Origin: Amoeboaphelidium occidentale | Taxonomy: Eukaryota | Direction of reading: 5' to 3' | Length of the DNA stretch: 64,000 nucleotides | NCBI GenBank assembly: GCA_023515795.1 | Contig: JALGPX010000005.1 | Location: 124,001 to 188,000, forward strand | In this document: in pieces, positions 16,008 to 29,171 of the stretch | Position numbering within the stretch: position 1 is the first letter of the stretch | Layout: the number at the start of each line of letters is the position of its first letter | Translations under genes and position numbers: made by a program | Notes under the pieces: model-generated | Told to the model about the DNA's origin: nothing | Databases searched by the model: none | The model's input: only the letters and a program-made list of their open reading frames with translations

Positions 16008-16158
16008 GATTACAAAAAGCGCGGCGATCAAGGGGCAAATTCACCAGTTGCTGGTTCTTACTAGTAAGACACGACTTACAGGCGAAAGTATCATCAGATA
16101 ATTTTCATAAATATTATTTGCTCTTTTGCTTTTGCCTTGTTTCTTCTGAGGAGCGATC

Positions 16159-18523
16159 ATGTCGAGACATCGAAATATTAGAAATCTGAACTTGCAACGT
16201 AACTTGATCAGCACAGGATTAACTCGAAGATTTGGACGACGATAATGATTATGGGGAATTCGATGAGGATGATGATTACTATGAGGATGAGGATATTACA
16301 GAAGAGGAGGAAGCACAGACTTCTGCAAAAGGCTCCAACAGTAAAAGCTTGACGCTGGACGAATTGAATGAAGGTCATTTTGATAAGCCAAGATTATTCT
16401 TATTGCTTAGCCGTCGCCCGTGTTATGAGCGTGGTTGGTGATGCTTTTACGGAATCCCAAGCAAGAGATACACTGCGGAAGTTTAATTACGACATCGAAA
16501 AGGCTGTGGATAATTTACTGAGTAATTTTGGGCTTTGATATTCTTACGTTGGTAGATAGTGTTACCACCAGCAGTGTTTTGAAGAATTTGGGTGCGGTCA
16601 CAATATCAGCAGCGAAACCAGAGAAAGAAGGTATTTTTACACTTGGGGCATGTCCGAATGATGTTAGGGTCCAGCCAGAATGTCCTTCAAGGCCTTCAGC
16701 TTAACAGTCTTAAACTATCAAGCGCCAGCAAGAAGCCTCAAATGCAGAAATTATCGTCTTTAAAACCTCTCGGTGCATTGGGTCAGAAGAATCAACTTGC
16801 GAAACAGCCTTTGCTACCAAAGCTGCCGTTAATTCGAAACGCATCTGTACAAAATCACGCTGAAACTGCTCCAGAATCAACAGCCCGCGACCGAAAGATA
16901 GTCGAGACGGCTGCAAGACAAGAAGATATGCAAGTTGATCTATTGGAGGATTTCAGGCTGGCCCCAACATCATTCGCCCATGCCTTAATACAACAACGCC
17001 CTAAACGGCAACGTTTAGGTGGAAATCTTGAAGATATTGATAACTTTGTTTCTATTTTAGTTTCACGGAATACGAAGAATAAGGAATTCAAATTCGATTC
17101 ATTGTCACAACAAGATAAAGTCGAGAATGCAAGATCAAGAGACAACACTGCTTCTGTGCCCAGTTTAAAGGTTGAACACCCATCTGCTCAATCTTCTATA
17201 TCAAAGAAAAAGAAGCTAGATGTTCAGAAAGAATACACAGAAATGATGAAATTAGAGAAACCCACGATAAATTTAGTTGTAGTTGGACATGTTGACAGTG
17301 GAAAATCCACGCTTATGGGTCATTTGCTTTGCTTATTGGGAGAAGTGGAGGAAAGAGTTGTTGAAAAATACAGTCGAGATGCAGCTAGAATTGGAAAAGC
17401 TTCATTCTCTTTCGCTTGGGTCCTCGATTCCACAGAAGAAGAGAGAAATCGAGGCATTACTGTAAATGTTGCAATGAACCAATTTCAAACTAGTAGCAAA
17501 AAGTTTGTGTTGTTAGATGCTCCCGGCCACAAAGATTTTGTACCCCACATGATAACCGGAGCTTCGCAAGCAGATGCAGCAGTGTTAGTTGTTGATGCTT
17601 CTAAAGGAGGGTTTGAAGCTGGTTTTTTAGCTGAAGGACAGACAAAAGAACATATTCTATTAGTTCGGAGTTTAGGAGTCAAAGAGCTGATTGTTGCCGT
17701 TAACAAGATGGATACCGTCGAGTGGAATCGAGATCGGTACAAAGATATTGTTGATCAGCTGAAACCGTTTCTACTGCAAGCGGGCTTCAAGGAAAGTTTG
17801 ATTAAATTCTTGCCATGTAGTGGTTTCGTCGGAACAAATTTGGTTTCAAACGAAGAGAAGGAATTAGCATGGTATCAGGGCTCATCACTTGTGAATCTTT
17901 TAGACAATCTATCGCCACCAGAAAGATCGATTAACAAGCCCTGTAGGCTGATGGTTCATGATGTTTACAAAAATGGACTTGCTGGAAGAATCGAACAGGG
18001 CTCTATCCAAATTGGTGAAGAATTATTTGTTATGCCTACTAAGGAAAAGTTAGTTGTCAAATCTATTATAGTTCAGACTGTTTCCAGACAATTTGCTGTT
18101 GCAGGTGAACAAGTAGAGATCAGTGTCTCTATTGACACAACTCAAGTGTTTGTTGGCAATGTTTTGTGTTCGCAGGATAGCTTATGCCCTGTGATGAAAA
18201 GATTTAATGCCCAAATCGTGGTAATGGATCCACAAGTTCCTTTGATACAAGGCTCCAGACTCTTGCTTCATTATCATGCAATATCACAGCCAGTTATCAT
18301 CACCAAATTAAGTTGTATTATTGATAAAGCAACAGGAGAGGTATTGAAAGAGAAACCACGAGTTATCGGGAAATCTCAAGTTGCGAAAGTAGAAATAATG
18401 GTTGATGAATCCAAGGCTATCTGTCTAGAAACATTCAAGGATTGCAAAGAACTGGGTAGATTTTTACTTCGAAGACAAGGGAAAACAGTAGCTGCGGGCA
18501 TTATTTTAGATCAAATAGAATAA
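16159..18523 (+). CDS. HBS1: HBS1-like translational GTPase, multi-exon
   Basis: MSRHRNIRNL N-terminus; GHVDSGKST, ERNRGIT, DAPGHKDF, NKMD; EF-Tu-like domains II and III. Confidence 0.92.
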
Positions 18524-18542
18524 AGGCGGCGATTTGTCTATT

Positions 18543-19882
18543 TTAATTCAAATAAGACTGGACTCCATTTATCGCAATGATGTCTTGAATCTTCGGGAAA
18601 GGGTTCTCCTTTGACAACACAATCATCCGCTTCTCGTGGGATATGTAGCCTTTAGTTAAGCCTCTTGATATCAAATTTGCAACAATGCATTCAACTTCAT
18701 CATCATCCTTCTCGTCATTTTCTGAGCATCCAAGGTTAAAACCCAAACGAACATGCTCAACCGTGAGCCTATTGGTCTTTCCCGTCACAGACCATACTTT
18801 CTTGATCAGTCCTCTCCACACCAAAAATCTTAACTTTTCTACAACAAGATATGTTCCAGCCGCGAGCAACTCATATTCCTTCTCTTCCATCGTCTTCTCG
18901 AACAACGCGATATCTCCATTTCTTATACTCTCGACAATATCACCGTACTCTTCTGTCAAGGAATATCTTTGAAGAACTTGGTCTGAAGGTAGTGTTCCAT
19001 AAAGCAAAGAACACGGAAGTAGATATCGCAGCAACCATCTCTTGTTTCGTAAACTCGTCGAAGTACATTCTTCAAAAGCTTGTTTCAGAAATGAGTATGC
19101 CTGTTCGTAATCTTCATTATAAAAATGGTAATAACCGACATAGGCCCTGTACATTACTCGATGGCTTTTAGGAAAGTGCTTCAAATCAGGAAGTTCGACG
19201 TTTGCCAAAGCACGAAGCGAGTTCTTCCCCAAATTCAGAGTGTTCAGCTTCACATAACTTCGAAATAGCAAAGCTAAGAGATAATATACACCCCATTTCC
19301 GAGAAACTTTCATCGGAGAACGATCATTAAGAGCAAAGTTGTATGCGCGCATAATCAAGCGAGCGCAATCTTCCAAGTGAAACTCCTTCTCCTTCTTCTG
19401 CACAAGAGAATTATCAGCCCTAACGGCGATCCATTTTAAGTCCTTTAACAAATTGAACAGTAAAGGCAAAGAACCTTTATCAAATTGTCGGACAACAGCT
19501 CTTTAAAGAGTTAGCTAGTGTCATTCGAAACTCACGAAGCAGCTTTGTGTTGGTGTTTATACGCAGTGATGTAATCCTTGTCCTTATTAAGGCTCAGCAG
19601 AGTATTGACATGGCCCTCGATCATTTCATTCCATGGCTCATCCATTTGTTTAGCTTGCCGGAGGATTTTCTACCAAAGATTACGCAGCATACCACGAACA
19701 ATTACGTCTTTGTTCTTCCTTATCATTTCTACCGTTGAAGGGTCAGCATAGTGAACTGAAACGGAGTTCAGATTCTCGAATAGGCTGAACACAAACCGAT
19801 TTGGGTCCATCAGTTCTCGTCGAAATAACAAAAAAGGAGTTACTGACTCAAACAAGGACCACTCTTCAATGCTTTGCACCAT
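18543..19882 (-). CDS. PCI-domain protein (PCID2/CSN12/Thp1-like), multi-exon
   Basis: SRKWGVYYL..LLFRSYVKLN, FPKSHRVMY, ECIVANLI..GLTKGYISH..IVLSKENPFP. Confidence 0.88.
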
Positions 19883-19899
19883 TTTTATTAGTTAAACCG

Positions 19900-21983
19900 T
19901 TAAAGTTCGTCATGATCATCATCGTCATCATCATCCTGAGCTGCGCTTCCACCAGCACCGCCCTCATACAATTGTGAAGTAATTGGGTTGACAACAGCTT
20001 CGACTTCAGCCTTCTGTTCCTCAAAGTCTTCAGGTGAAGCAGTTGCGCCGTTGCTGTCAAGCCAGTCAATCTTCTCCTTCACAATATCCAATATCTTCTC
20101 CTTATCATCAGCGCTCAACTTTCCACCCAACTGTTTCTCGTCGTTGACTTGGTTCTTCAAACTGAACAAATAGTTTTCCAAACCATTCTTTGCTTCAATG
20201 CGCTCCTTGAACTTCTTGTCTTCTTCGGCATACTCTTCAGCTTCCTTGACCATACGTTCAATATCAGCTTCAGACAAGCGACCACGATCATTCTTGATAG
20301 TGATGGATTCAGACTTACCAGTTCCCTTGTCTTCAGCAGAAACCTTCAAAATACCGTTGGCGTCCAATTCAAAAGTAACTTCAATTTGTGGAGTACCTCT
20401 TGGAGCTGGAGGAATACCAGTCAACTCAAATTTACCCAACAAGTTGTTGTCCTTTGTCATTGCACGTTCACCTTCAAAGACTTGGATAAGCACAGTGTTT
20501 TGGTTATCAGCAGCGGTGGAGAAAATCTGTGACTTCTTGGTTGGAATAACAGTGTTTCTTGGAATCAACTTGGTCATAACACCACCAGTTGTCTCAATAC
20601 CCATAGTCAATGGATTCACATCCATGAGCAACAAGTCTCCAGTTCCTTCTTCTCCAGATAAAACACCGCCTTGAACAGCAGCTCCATAAGCAACAGCCTC
20701 ATCAGGATTGATACCCTTGTTTGGTTTACGGCCATCAAAGAACTCTTCCAATAGGGCCTGGACCTTTGGAATACGAGTAGAACCACCAACCAAAACAATT
20801 TCGTTGACATCAGACTTCTTCAATTTAGCATCTTCCAATACTTTCTTGACAGGAGCCAAAGTTCTCTTGAACAAATCCATGTTCAACTCTTCGAATCGAG
20901 CTCTGGAGATAGCAACGTTCAAGTCTTCACCATCAAACAAGTTTTCAACTTCAACACGAACAGTCATGAGGGAAGATAGAGCACGTTTGGCCTTTTCTGC
21001 CTCACGCTTCAACTTACCCATGGCCTTAGGATCTTTGCTGGGGTCTTTCTTTGTTGCCTTCTTGAATTCTTTGATCAAGAACTCACGAATACGGTTATCA
21101 AAGTCTTCACCACCCAAGTGAGTGTCACCAGATGTAGCCAGTACTTCAAAAACACCATCGTCGATAGACAACAATGAAACATCGAAGGTACCACCTCCCA
21201 AATCGTAAACCAAAATAGTTTGTTCACCGCCCTTCTTGTCCAAACCGTAAGCAATAGCTGCAGCAGTTGGCTCATTGATGATACGCAACACGGTCAAACC
21301 AGCAATAGTACCAGCATCCTTAGTTGCAGAACGTTGAGCATCGTTGAAGTAAGCAGGTACAGTAACAACAGCGTGAGTAACAGGTTTACCCAAGTAAGCC
21401 TCAGCAGTTTCCTTCATCTTGCCCAAAATCATGGCAGAGATTTCTTCAGGTGTGAACCTCTTCTTTTCTCCCTTGATGACGACTTCAATGGCAGGTGCAC
21501 CCTTGTTATCGACAACCTTGAAAGGCAAAGTTTTGATTTCCTGTTGGACTTCCTTGTCGTTGAACCTAAGCACATTAGCAATCACCCCCAAAAAGCTTGA
21601 GACAAAAAACAAACCTTCTTCCGATTAAACGCTTTGCATCAAAGATGGTGTTCAAAGGATTCTGAGGTGCCTGGTTCTTAGCAGCTTCACCAATTAAACG
21701 TTCATTGTCATCAGTGAAGGCAACCCAAGAAGGAGTAATACGATTACCCAAATCGTTGGCCAATATTTCAACACGTTGACTCTGGAACACTATAAAAGTT
21801 ACAAAGTTAAACAAAAATCTCACCTCCGACACAAGAATAGGTTGTGCCCAAATCGATACCAATAACAGTTCCGTAGTTGGCTTTATCGTCTCCTTTGGTT
21901 TCTGCCCTGTCGAACACGGCTGAACTTAGCAGGATTACCGCAAAGAGGTAAAAGAAGTTCCTGAAGTGACTGAACTTGATCAT
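19900..21983 (-). CDS. KAR2: ER Hsp70 chaperone BiP, multi-exon
   Basis: Signal peptide, [26 protein letters not shown]-terminal HDEL. Confidence 0.97.
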
Positions 21984-22419
21984 TTTCAAATCAGTAATGG
22001 TTAAACGGAAAAGAAGTTCAAAGGTCCTTACCGCTTTTGAATGCGAACTTGTTTGGATCGGCGACAAGTGGCACAGCGACGTTTCGACAACATTCCACGG
22101 GTCGTTTAGCCATTTGGCTTTTGCCTATTCGTTCATTAGGGGCTTAATTGAAATGATTTAAGATAAATAGTGATAAATATCACCCTTGAAACACTATGCA
22201 GTGTCTTTAAACGGAAACCTGAGGTTCACAAAGACTTTCCAAGGTATCGCGTCGAAACCTGAACGGAGGAGGAGCATTAGCGTGTGCGGCTTAAGCTTTC
22301 CTGTCAAATGCCCCTCCTATGCGTCTCTTATAACACCCTCGCTCATGTTTTCCTATAACGAAACTCTTCAGACCGCCTTGCTTTCGTTTCTGATCGGCGA
22401 GGCGAGCGCAAGTGCGATA

Positions 22420-23623
22420 ATGCATCCGGAATTTCAGCTGAGAGAGGAACACTTTCTTGTAATTGAAAGCAACACAGATATAATTAAAGCAGGCCCGGCT
22501 GATTCTTTTAAATCCCCTTCTGTGGTACTTTGATCGCTTGTGGCAAACTTAATTGGGTAGCTTATGAGGACAGACGCAACATTTGATGAGAATTGTCAGT
22601 TTCCCTTTAAGGATGGGTTCATTGAAGATTGGGAAAGTATGGAAAGGCTCTGGGCAAAAGTATTGGCAGGGCTTAACGTCAAAAGATCAAAGAATCATTC
22701 TCCTGTCCTCCTCACAATTCCTTCTAAATGGACACGGCAAGACCGGGAGCGAATTGTAAAGATATTCTTTGAGAAATTCAATGTTCCTGGATTGTATATT
22801 GCAGAGAAGCCACTGGCAACGCTTTATGGTTACGGACAGTTCTTGGATGGGGTTGTGATCGACTTTGGTGCTGATGAAGTGTCTGTATATCCTGTAGTTG
22901 AAGCGCAAGTGCTCTATCCTTACATCGCATCGGTAAAAATTGGTACGCTTCGACTTAAAGAATATCTTAAAAGCTTGCTTCTTGCTGATTCGGTGTTTGT
23001 GCAGGAGTTTGGTTCGTCTGATATTCCATCTGATTTGCTTGATCACTTATTCCAGCACGTTGTTGAAGTTTCTATTCCAGGCAATGATCCTGTTGGTGTT
23101 CCGAAAGTCAAAACACGAGCTACAGTCGAGTATCAAGGCAAGAAGGTAATTTCTCGCTGAGTTTGTTATTTTGACCTGTTAGTTTACTGTTGGGGAAGCC
23201 AGACTCAAGGTATTGGACCCTCTATTCAATCCTAAACTTGTCGGAGAGGAAATCTCATTATCGCTTCCGGAACTCGTTGTTAGAGTTTGTAAAAGTATGG
23301 ACATGGAAAAGAGGAGCGTCCTAATGAATAACATAATGCTAGCTGGATCATTCTGTACGCTTAAAGGACTTCAAAGTCGCTTGGAGAAAGAGTTCGACAA
23401 ATATTTACCACTCACAGATTTTTCTGGTGATTTTCAACCGAAAGAGCCAAAGTTTGGTCGAATGCCTGATTATTTAGAGCCTTATAAAGAAGGAGAACAT
23501 GATCTGACTTTTCTTGGGGCTGCGCAAATGGCCAAGAACATATTTCCTGATATGAGAAACTATCTGACGAAGCTTGATTATAATCAGTATGGTCCCAACG
23601 TGATCAATGTTAAAGGATACTAA
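22420..23623 (+). CDS. Nuclear actin-related protein (Arp9-like), multi-exon
   Basis: Actin-fold motifs FPFKDGFIEDW, FEKFNVPG, GVVIDFG, FLGAAQMAK, DYNQYGP; diverged from conventional actin. Confidence 0.75.
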
Positions 23624-23658
23624 ATCTATTTAACGCTTTTCAATTAAAACCCGTAGTT

Positions 23659-26014
23659 TCACGATCTTTTCGGCTGTTGCTGGTCTTCGTCGAGTTTCTT
23701 TTTCCAGTACTCTCTGTTATCATTCAAGTTATCAAGACCCTTGAAATCAGGTTGATCAAGAAATTTAGTCCATGGCTCAAACAGAGGCTGGACAATGTAA
23801 TCAATGAAACCAAGTTGACATTTGGGCACATTAGTAGCGTTTCTGTCCATAAAAACACTGATGGGGATTCCTCTCCTTCTTTCTTCGTCTCCTTGTTTGA
23901 AAAATTCTTCCATAATCAAAGAGGTCCATTTTTGAGAAATGCTGCTTTCTCGTGCAGGATTAGAGATATCACTACATTTCATCATAATATCCATAATAAG
24001 CTGTCTATCTTTTTGATCTTGGACTTCCAAGCCTCCTCCTGATATCTTGTTTTTGAACTTTGTGATGTAATCAAAATGTTGTGCCATATCGGTCGCAAGA
24101 ATGCAGGAAACTATTGTAGAGCGAATTTGTTTCTTTCTGTCAAACGATAAGTTCTTCAGTATTGCACAATCCTGTTCAGTAAACATCAATTCAAATGTCT
24201 TGGCACAGTGATGATTTTCTAAAACTGAGATGTCATTGTACCTCACAGCAAGGGGAGCGCCAGTGTTAATAAGAAATACGTTATTGACTCCGGGATGATC
24301 TATATCGTGACACATGGCCGCGATCAGACAAGAAAATTGTTCCTCTCTAGTCAAAANNNNNNNNNNNNNNNNGGAGCGCCAGTGTTAATAAGAAATGCGT
24401 TATTGACTCCGGGATGATCTATATCGTGACACATGGCCGCGATCAGACAAGAAAATTGTTCCTCTCTAGTCAAAAGCTCATCAATCTTTGCTGTCGTGAG
24501 GAAATAATGCACACTTTGCAAAACATCAGCTCCATGTAACGAGCAGTGGTATGGATTATTTCGATAACCAGAGTCAACTTTAGCCAAGAATGTATCCAAG
24601 AGAGTTTCGTCCAAATTAAAGTGTTGCGAAACCCCGTATTGTTCCAGAATATGTTTGCTTAGATGATACAACGGTCTCGTTTTTACAGAATTGTTGAAAT
24701 CAAAGATATTGAATTCCCAAGTATTAGCAACAATTTCATACACTTCAACTTCAGGAATATTCATGCTTGAAGGGTTTCGCGAGCCTGCTAAGGATCTGAC
24801 TGAATCGTGTTTTAGATTTTTGTTGGTGTACTGATAATTGACTAAACCATTGAGCCAAGTGTTGACGTCTCCATCCATAGATTCTTTTGTAGCCTCTAAA
24901 TTAGGCTGATAAATTTGATTTGATGCCAACACAGCGATAACCTCTTCCAGTTTCATTTTTGACTCTGATGTTGCGTTCGGATAGACGTTACGGAGCAATT
25001 GTATGACTTTAATCATCGGAGCATCCAAATCCAATTGGGGATTTGTCAAACTAAAGGCAATCAGTGCGTCATAAACGAAAATTACCTCTTGAGTTCATTG
25101 TGCAATTCTGTGTGAACCTTCGCCATTGTTTCTGCGTGATTTTCTTGTTTAAGAAAGAAATCTGCGTACTTCTGAATAAAATCATGTAATCGATAAAGAA
25201 TCAATGAAACAACAAGGAGGACGACCATGCACGTTATTCCCTGCCCAATTCCTTGTGCTGAGCTCGTTGATTCTCTAGGCCATAATTTTGAGATAAATCC
25301 AACAGAACTATTGACTGAAATAAACCCAAACCCATACATAACTAAAATTGAAACTGAATTAAATCCATGATCTTACCTATGTATGATACACATCCAATTA
25401 GAAGGGTTTTCCGAGACAGGCTTGATCCTATTTGCAGGTGAATGAACATGATCGAAACGAACCATAAAACGCCCATCACAACGTGCGATTCACTACTTAT
25501 GACATGAAAGATGTAGTATGGGAATAAGCTTAGGAACATATGTGCAGGCGAAGTAGGTTTTGTACTCAAAATTGCTCGTCCAATTTGAAACATCATGAAG
25601 CTGGCGACAAGATCTAAATAAGCATTATCAGATCAATGCGAAATCGAGAGAAATTACAAATAATAACAGTGTTGTAACTCTTTGTGGTTGTCCATCCAAC
25701 TCCAATCGATCCAAGAAGCAATGCACCGTACCACACATAGTGAAGGATCATCTATGACCACTTAGCTATTTCAAGATAAAGAATCGTACAAGTGTCTCTA
25801 TGGGACCATATATCGGTTGATAAGGCATACTTGCTAGTTCCAGATGTAGATCAGGTGTGATATTCCTGGGAACTTCATTATCCGTAGATGTCATCCTTTT
25901 GCGAGTGATCGTTTCAACTTTTCTAGAGATGAAGCTAGGTGATGTCTCAGCATTAGATAATTCCAGTGTATTAGTGCCAACGATCTGATTAGATGCAGCA
26001 GTATCTCTGTCCAT
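23659..26014 (-). CDS. Class I cyclic nucleotide phosphodiesterase with N-terminal transmembrane region, multi-exon
   Basis: NPYH..LHGADV, HDIDHPGVNN, LENHH, ILATDM, KCSDISNP, EFFKQGD; hydrophobic exons upstream. A segment is duplicated across the N-gap 24357-24372. Confidence 0.9.
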
Positions 26015-26241
26015 TCTTGTGGTGTGATTAAAAATTCAAGCTTGACCCAAACTGAAAAGTCAAGAATAGATCCAGGCCAAGGTTAAAAATTGCCCTCAGA
26101 ATTTAAAAAGCAACTCTAAGTTACACGTTACCCCAAAATCTGCGATTGAAACTGTTTATGCACATGCAGACGCAGCGCGATCAATTCTCGATTTCCATCG
26201 ATAAGCACCAAAAGGTACGTTATTCAACTTTTTAAACTAAA

Positions 26242-27907
26242 ATGACTGTAGAAGGAATGGTCAACAATGTTCAGTCGCCGTTTTCCACCAGGCTCGAATG
26301 GGTCTCTCAGTTAGACGTCCAGAAGAAGCCTACCAACTTCCGCAAGACTTCAATCATTTGCACAATTGGGCCAAAGGTCAACAGCATCCAAATGATCACC
26401 GAATTAAGAAAGGCTGGCATGAATATCACCCGCTTGAATTTCTCGCATGGTTCTTATGAATATCATGCGTCTGTTATCAAGAATGTTCGTGACTCTTTTG
26501 ACAGCTTCAAAGGTCGCCCTGTTGCGATTGCTCTGGACACTAAAGGGCCTGAAATTAGAACAGGAAAAATCCAGGGTGACGCTGAAGTAAGTTACAGCTT
26601 TGAGCTTTAATCTCTTAATTGTTCTCAACGTGTAGTTGGTCGTTCCTCAAGGACACGTTATGGTTTTGACTACAGATGAAAGTTATGCTGAAATCGGAGA
26701 CATCAACACCGTCTATGTTGACTACAAAAGTTTGCCAAAGTCAACTGAGGTCGGAAAGAACATCTTTGTTGATGATGGTCAGCTTCGTTTTGAAGTTATC
26801 GAAGTGCGCTCTGATTCCGTGAAGGTCAAGGCTGTGAACAGCTGGAAGTTAAGCAATAACAAGGGTGTGAACCTCCCAATGACCACCGTTGATCTGCCTG
26901 CTCTATCTGAAAGAGATAAGAGAGACTTGGCTTTTGGTGTTGAGCAAGGTGTTGATATGGTTTTTGCATCCTTCATTCGCAAGGCTGAAGATATTGTTGA
27001 AATCAGAAAGCATTTGGGAGACAAAGGAAAGAATATCAAGATTATTGCGAAGATTGAAAGTCACGAAGGTGTCGCCAATTTCCCTTCAATTTTGGAAGAA
27101 GCTGATGGTATTATGGTTGCAAGAGGAGGTATGTTTTAACTCGGTTGTAACTAAGTTGTAGATCTTGGTTTGGAAATACCCGCTGAAAAGGTTTTCATTG
27201 CCCAGAAGATGATGATCGCAAGGTGTAATGCTGCTGGAAAACCTGTCATTTGTGCAACTCAAATGTTGGAGACAATGACATATAATCCTCGCCCGACCAG
27301 AGCTGAAGTTTCAGATGTTGCCAACGCTGTTTTGGATGGAGCAGATTGTGTCATGTTGTCAGGAGAGACAGCGAAAGGTGCATATCCACTTGAAGCAGTA
27401 AGAATGATGTCTATCTTGTGTGAAGAAGCAGAATCCATTATATTCTATGCGCCTTTGTTTAACGAATTGAGAGGTATCACTCCAAAACCAACAGAGACTG
27501 CAGAAACAATTGCGAGCTCTGCTGTCAATGCTTGTTTAGAACAGGATGCTGCTGCAATTATTGTTATGACAACTTCAGGAAACTCTGCTCGTTTGTTGAG
27601 CAAGTATCGTCCTCAAGTTCCAATTTTCACTGTTACTAGAAACGCTCAAGTGGCTCGTCAATGTCACCTTTACCGTGGTTGTTATCCATTCTTTTATGGA
27701 AAGCCTGCTGCTTTTAAGCCTGAAGAAATGGCATCGTCTCCTGTTACGGCTGATGTTTGGCAGGAAGATGTCGATAAAAGAATTCAATGGGCTATCGATG
27801 AAGGCAAGGAAGCTGGAATGTTAAATACTGGCGACACTGTAGTCGTTGTTCAAGGATGGAAAGGCGGTTCCGGAAATACTTCAGTTATTCGTGTATTGAA
27901 GGTTTAA
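26242..27907 (+). CDS. PYK1: Pyruvate kinase, 3 exons
   Basis: [42 protein letters not shown] across the 33-nt intron 27129-27161, ATQMLE, MLSGETA. Confidence 0.97.
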
Positions 27908-27943
27908 TGTGAGAATCAAATCAAATATATGATCCAATTTTAA

Positions 27944-28991
27944 CTACAAAGGCCAATTTTTGATGTTTTTAGCTGGGCTTGTCAAAGGTATAGCATTAGA
28001 ACCTCTGAACTGTACTTGAGCTAGACCATTCCAGTAAACATAGTCCGTTGTCCATTGGTTTGTGCTGCGATAATGTCTCACGCGGTAAATCCCAGCAACA
28101 GCATTTCCTTTAGGGAATTCAACTACCCATCTTCCATACGTATCGCGTGAAACGCTACCACTGTAGAATTCGACGGAACGATCTGGCCTAACTTTTGCAA
28201 CGGTTAACTTAACTGCAGGAACTGTTTGAAACATGACTATCAAGTACATATGAAACCTACTAGATCCGGTATCCTAAACATGAGTTTAACAATATTCGTG
28301 AACATACAAAGTAGTAACGCATTCTTTCGCCTTTCCAGTCGCATTCTACAGGATATACCTCTAGACGAGCGAAATTTTCAGGACCACCTCTGTAAGGTTG
28401 TGAATTGAGGGAGTTTCCAGAAGCCAAGAATGCTGAACCAGCAACATGCAAGTCTAATTGCTTAGGAGTGCATGGAGGCGGACAATAATCAGTGATCATA
28501 CTGACTACCGATCTGCCGTTCTTTGGATTTCTAAGTAAGAGACATTGACCGCATGAGTAACTTCCTTTCCAGAAGTAACTACCAACACCAACCAGGTACG
28601 GGTTGAAACCGCTATCTACATAGTTCATGTTCTTTTTCAGTAGACCGAACTGACAAGATCCGATCGTATTTCCCATGTCGCTATTTCCTCTGAAGGTAGC
28701 TCCGGAATCTACACGCGGACCAAGTATCTTGCCATAGCCTAAGCGAACACGCGAAGACACATCATTGATCTTCCAATTTTTGTTGAACGGAGGCTGAGTT
28801 AGGTATGCGGAGACGGAATCGGAGGAGGCGTTCGGCAGAATATAACGATCTTCGATGACAAGCTGCCTGAAGTTCTCATCATCTTCGACCATGTAAGCAT
28901 CATCGTAAAGATAATCGCTGGGAGCGTGCGATCCGGTATTTGCCAAAAGTTCATGAGACAGGATAAGTAAGACCAGAAGGCGAGACAACAT
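27944..28991 (-). CDS. Secreted expansin-like protein (DPBB domain plus beta-rich second domain), 2 exons
   Basis: Signal peptide; GSCQFG, SCGQCL, MITDYCP..C...LDL, YPVEC pattern typical of expansin/RlpA-like DPBB; aromatic-rich C-terminal domain. Confidence 0.75.
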
Positions 28992-29171
28992 CTTTTAAAT
29001 GACACAATCTATCAACACCAACCCATCGTAGCAACGGCCCATTCTCAAGACGCAAACTAACCGACCATGTAAACATTCAAAATTACAATATAAAAGAATA
29101 CGCCATCAACCGTGGCGTAACAGAATAATCACAATAAGAATCTTGTTTGAAATTTGAGTTGAAACAACACC

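Noticed and set aside
19988..21628. Long antisense ORFs over BiP (and similar ones over CCT5, dynein, BCS1)
   Set aside because: Expected shadows of codon-biased genes, with no protein motifs.
22040..22110. Possible unfolded-protein-response or heat-shock element upstream of BiP
   Set aside because: Only partial matches to consensus; not supportable.
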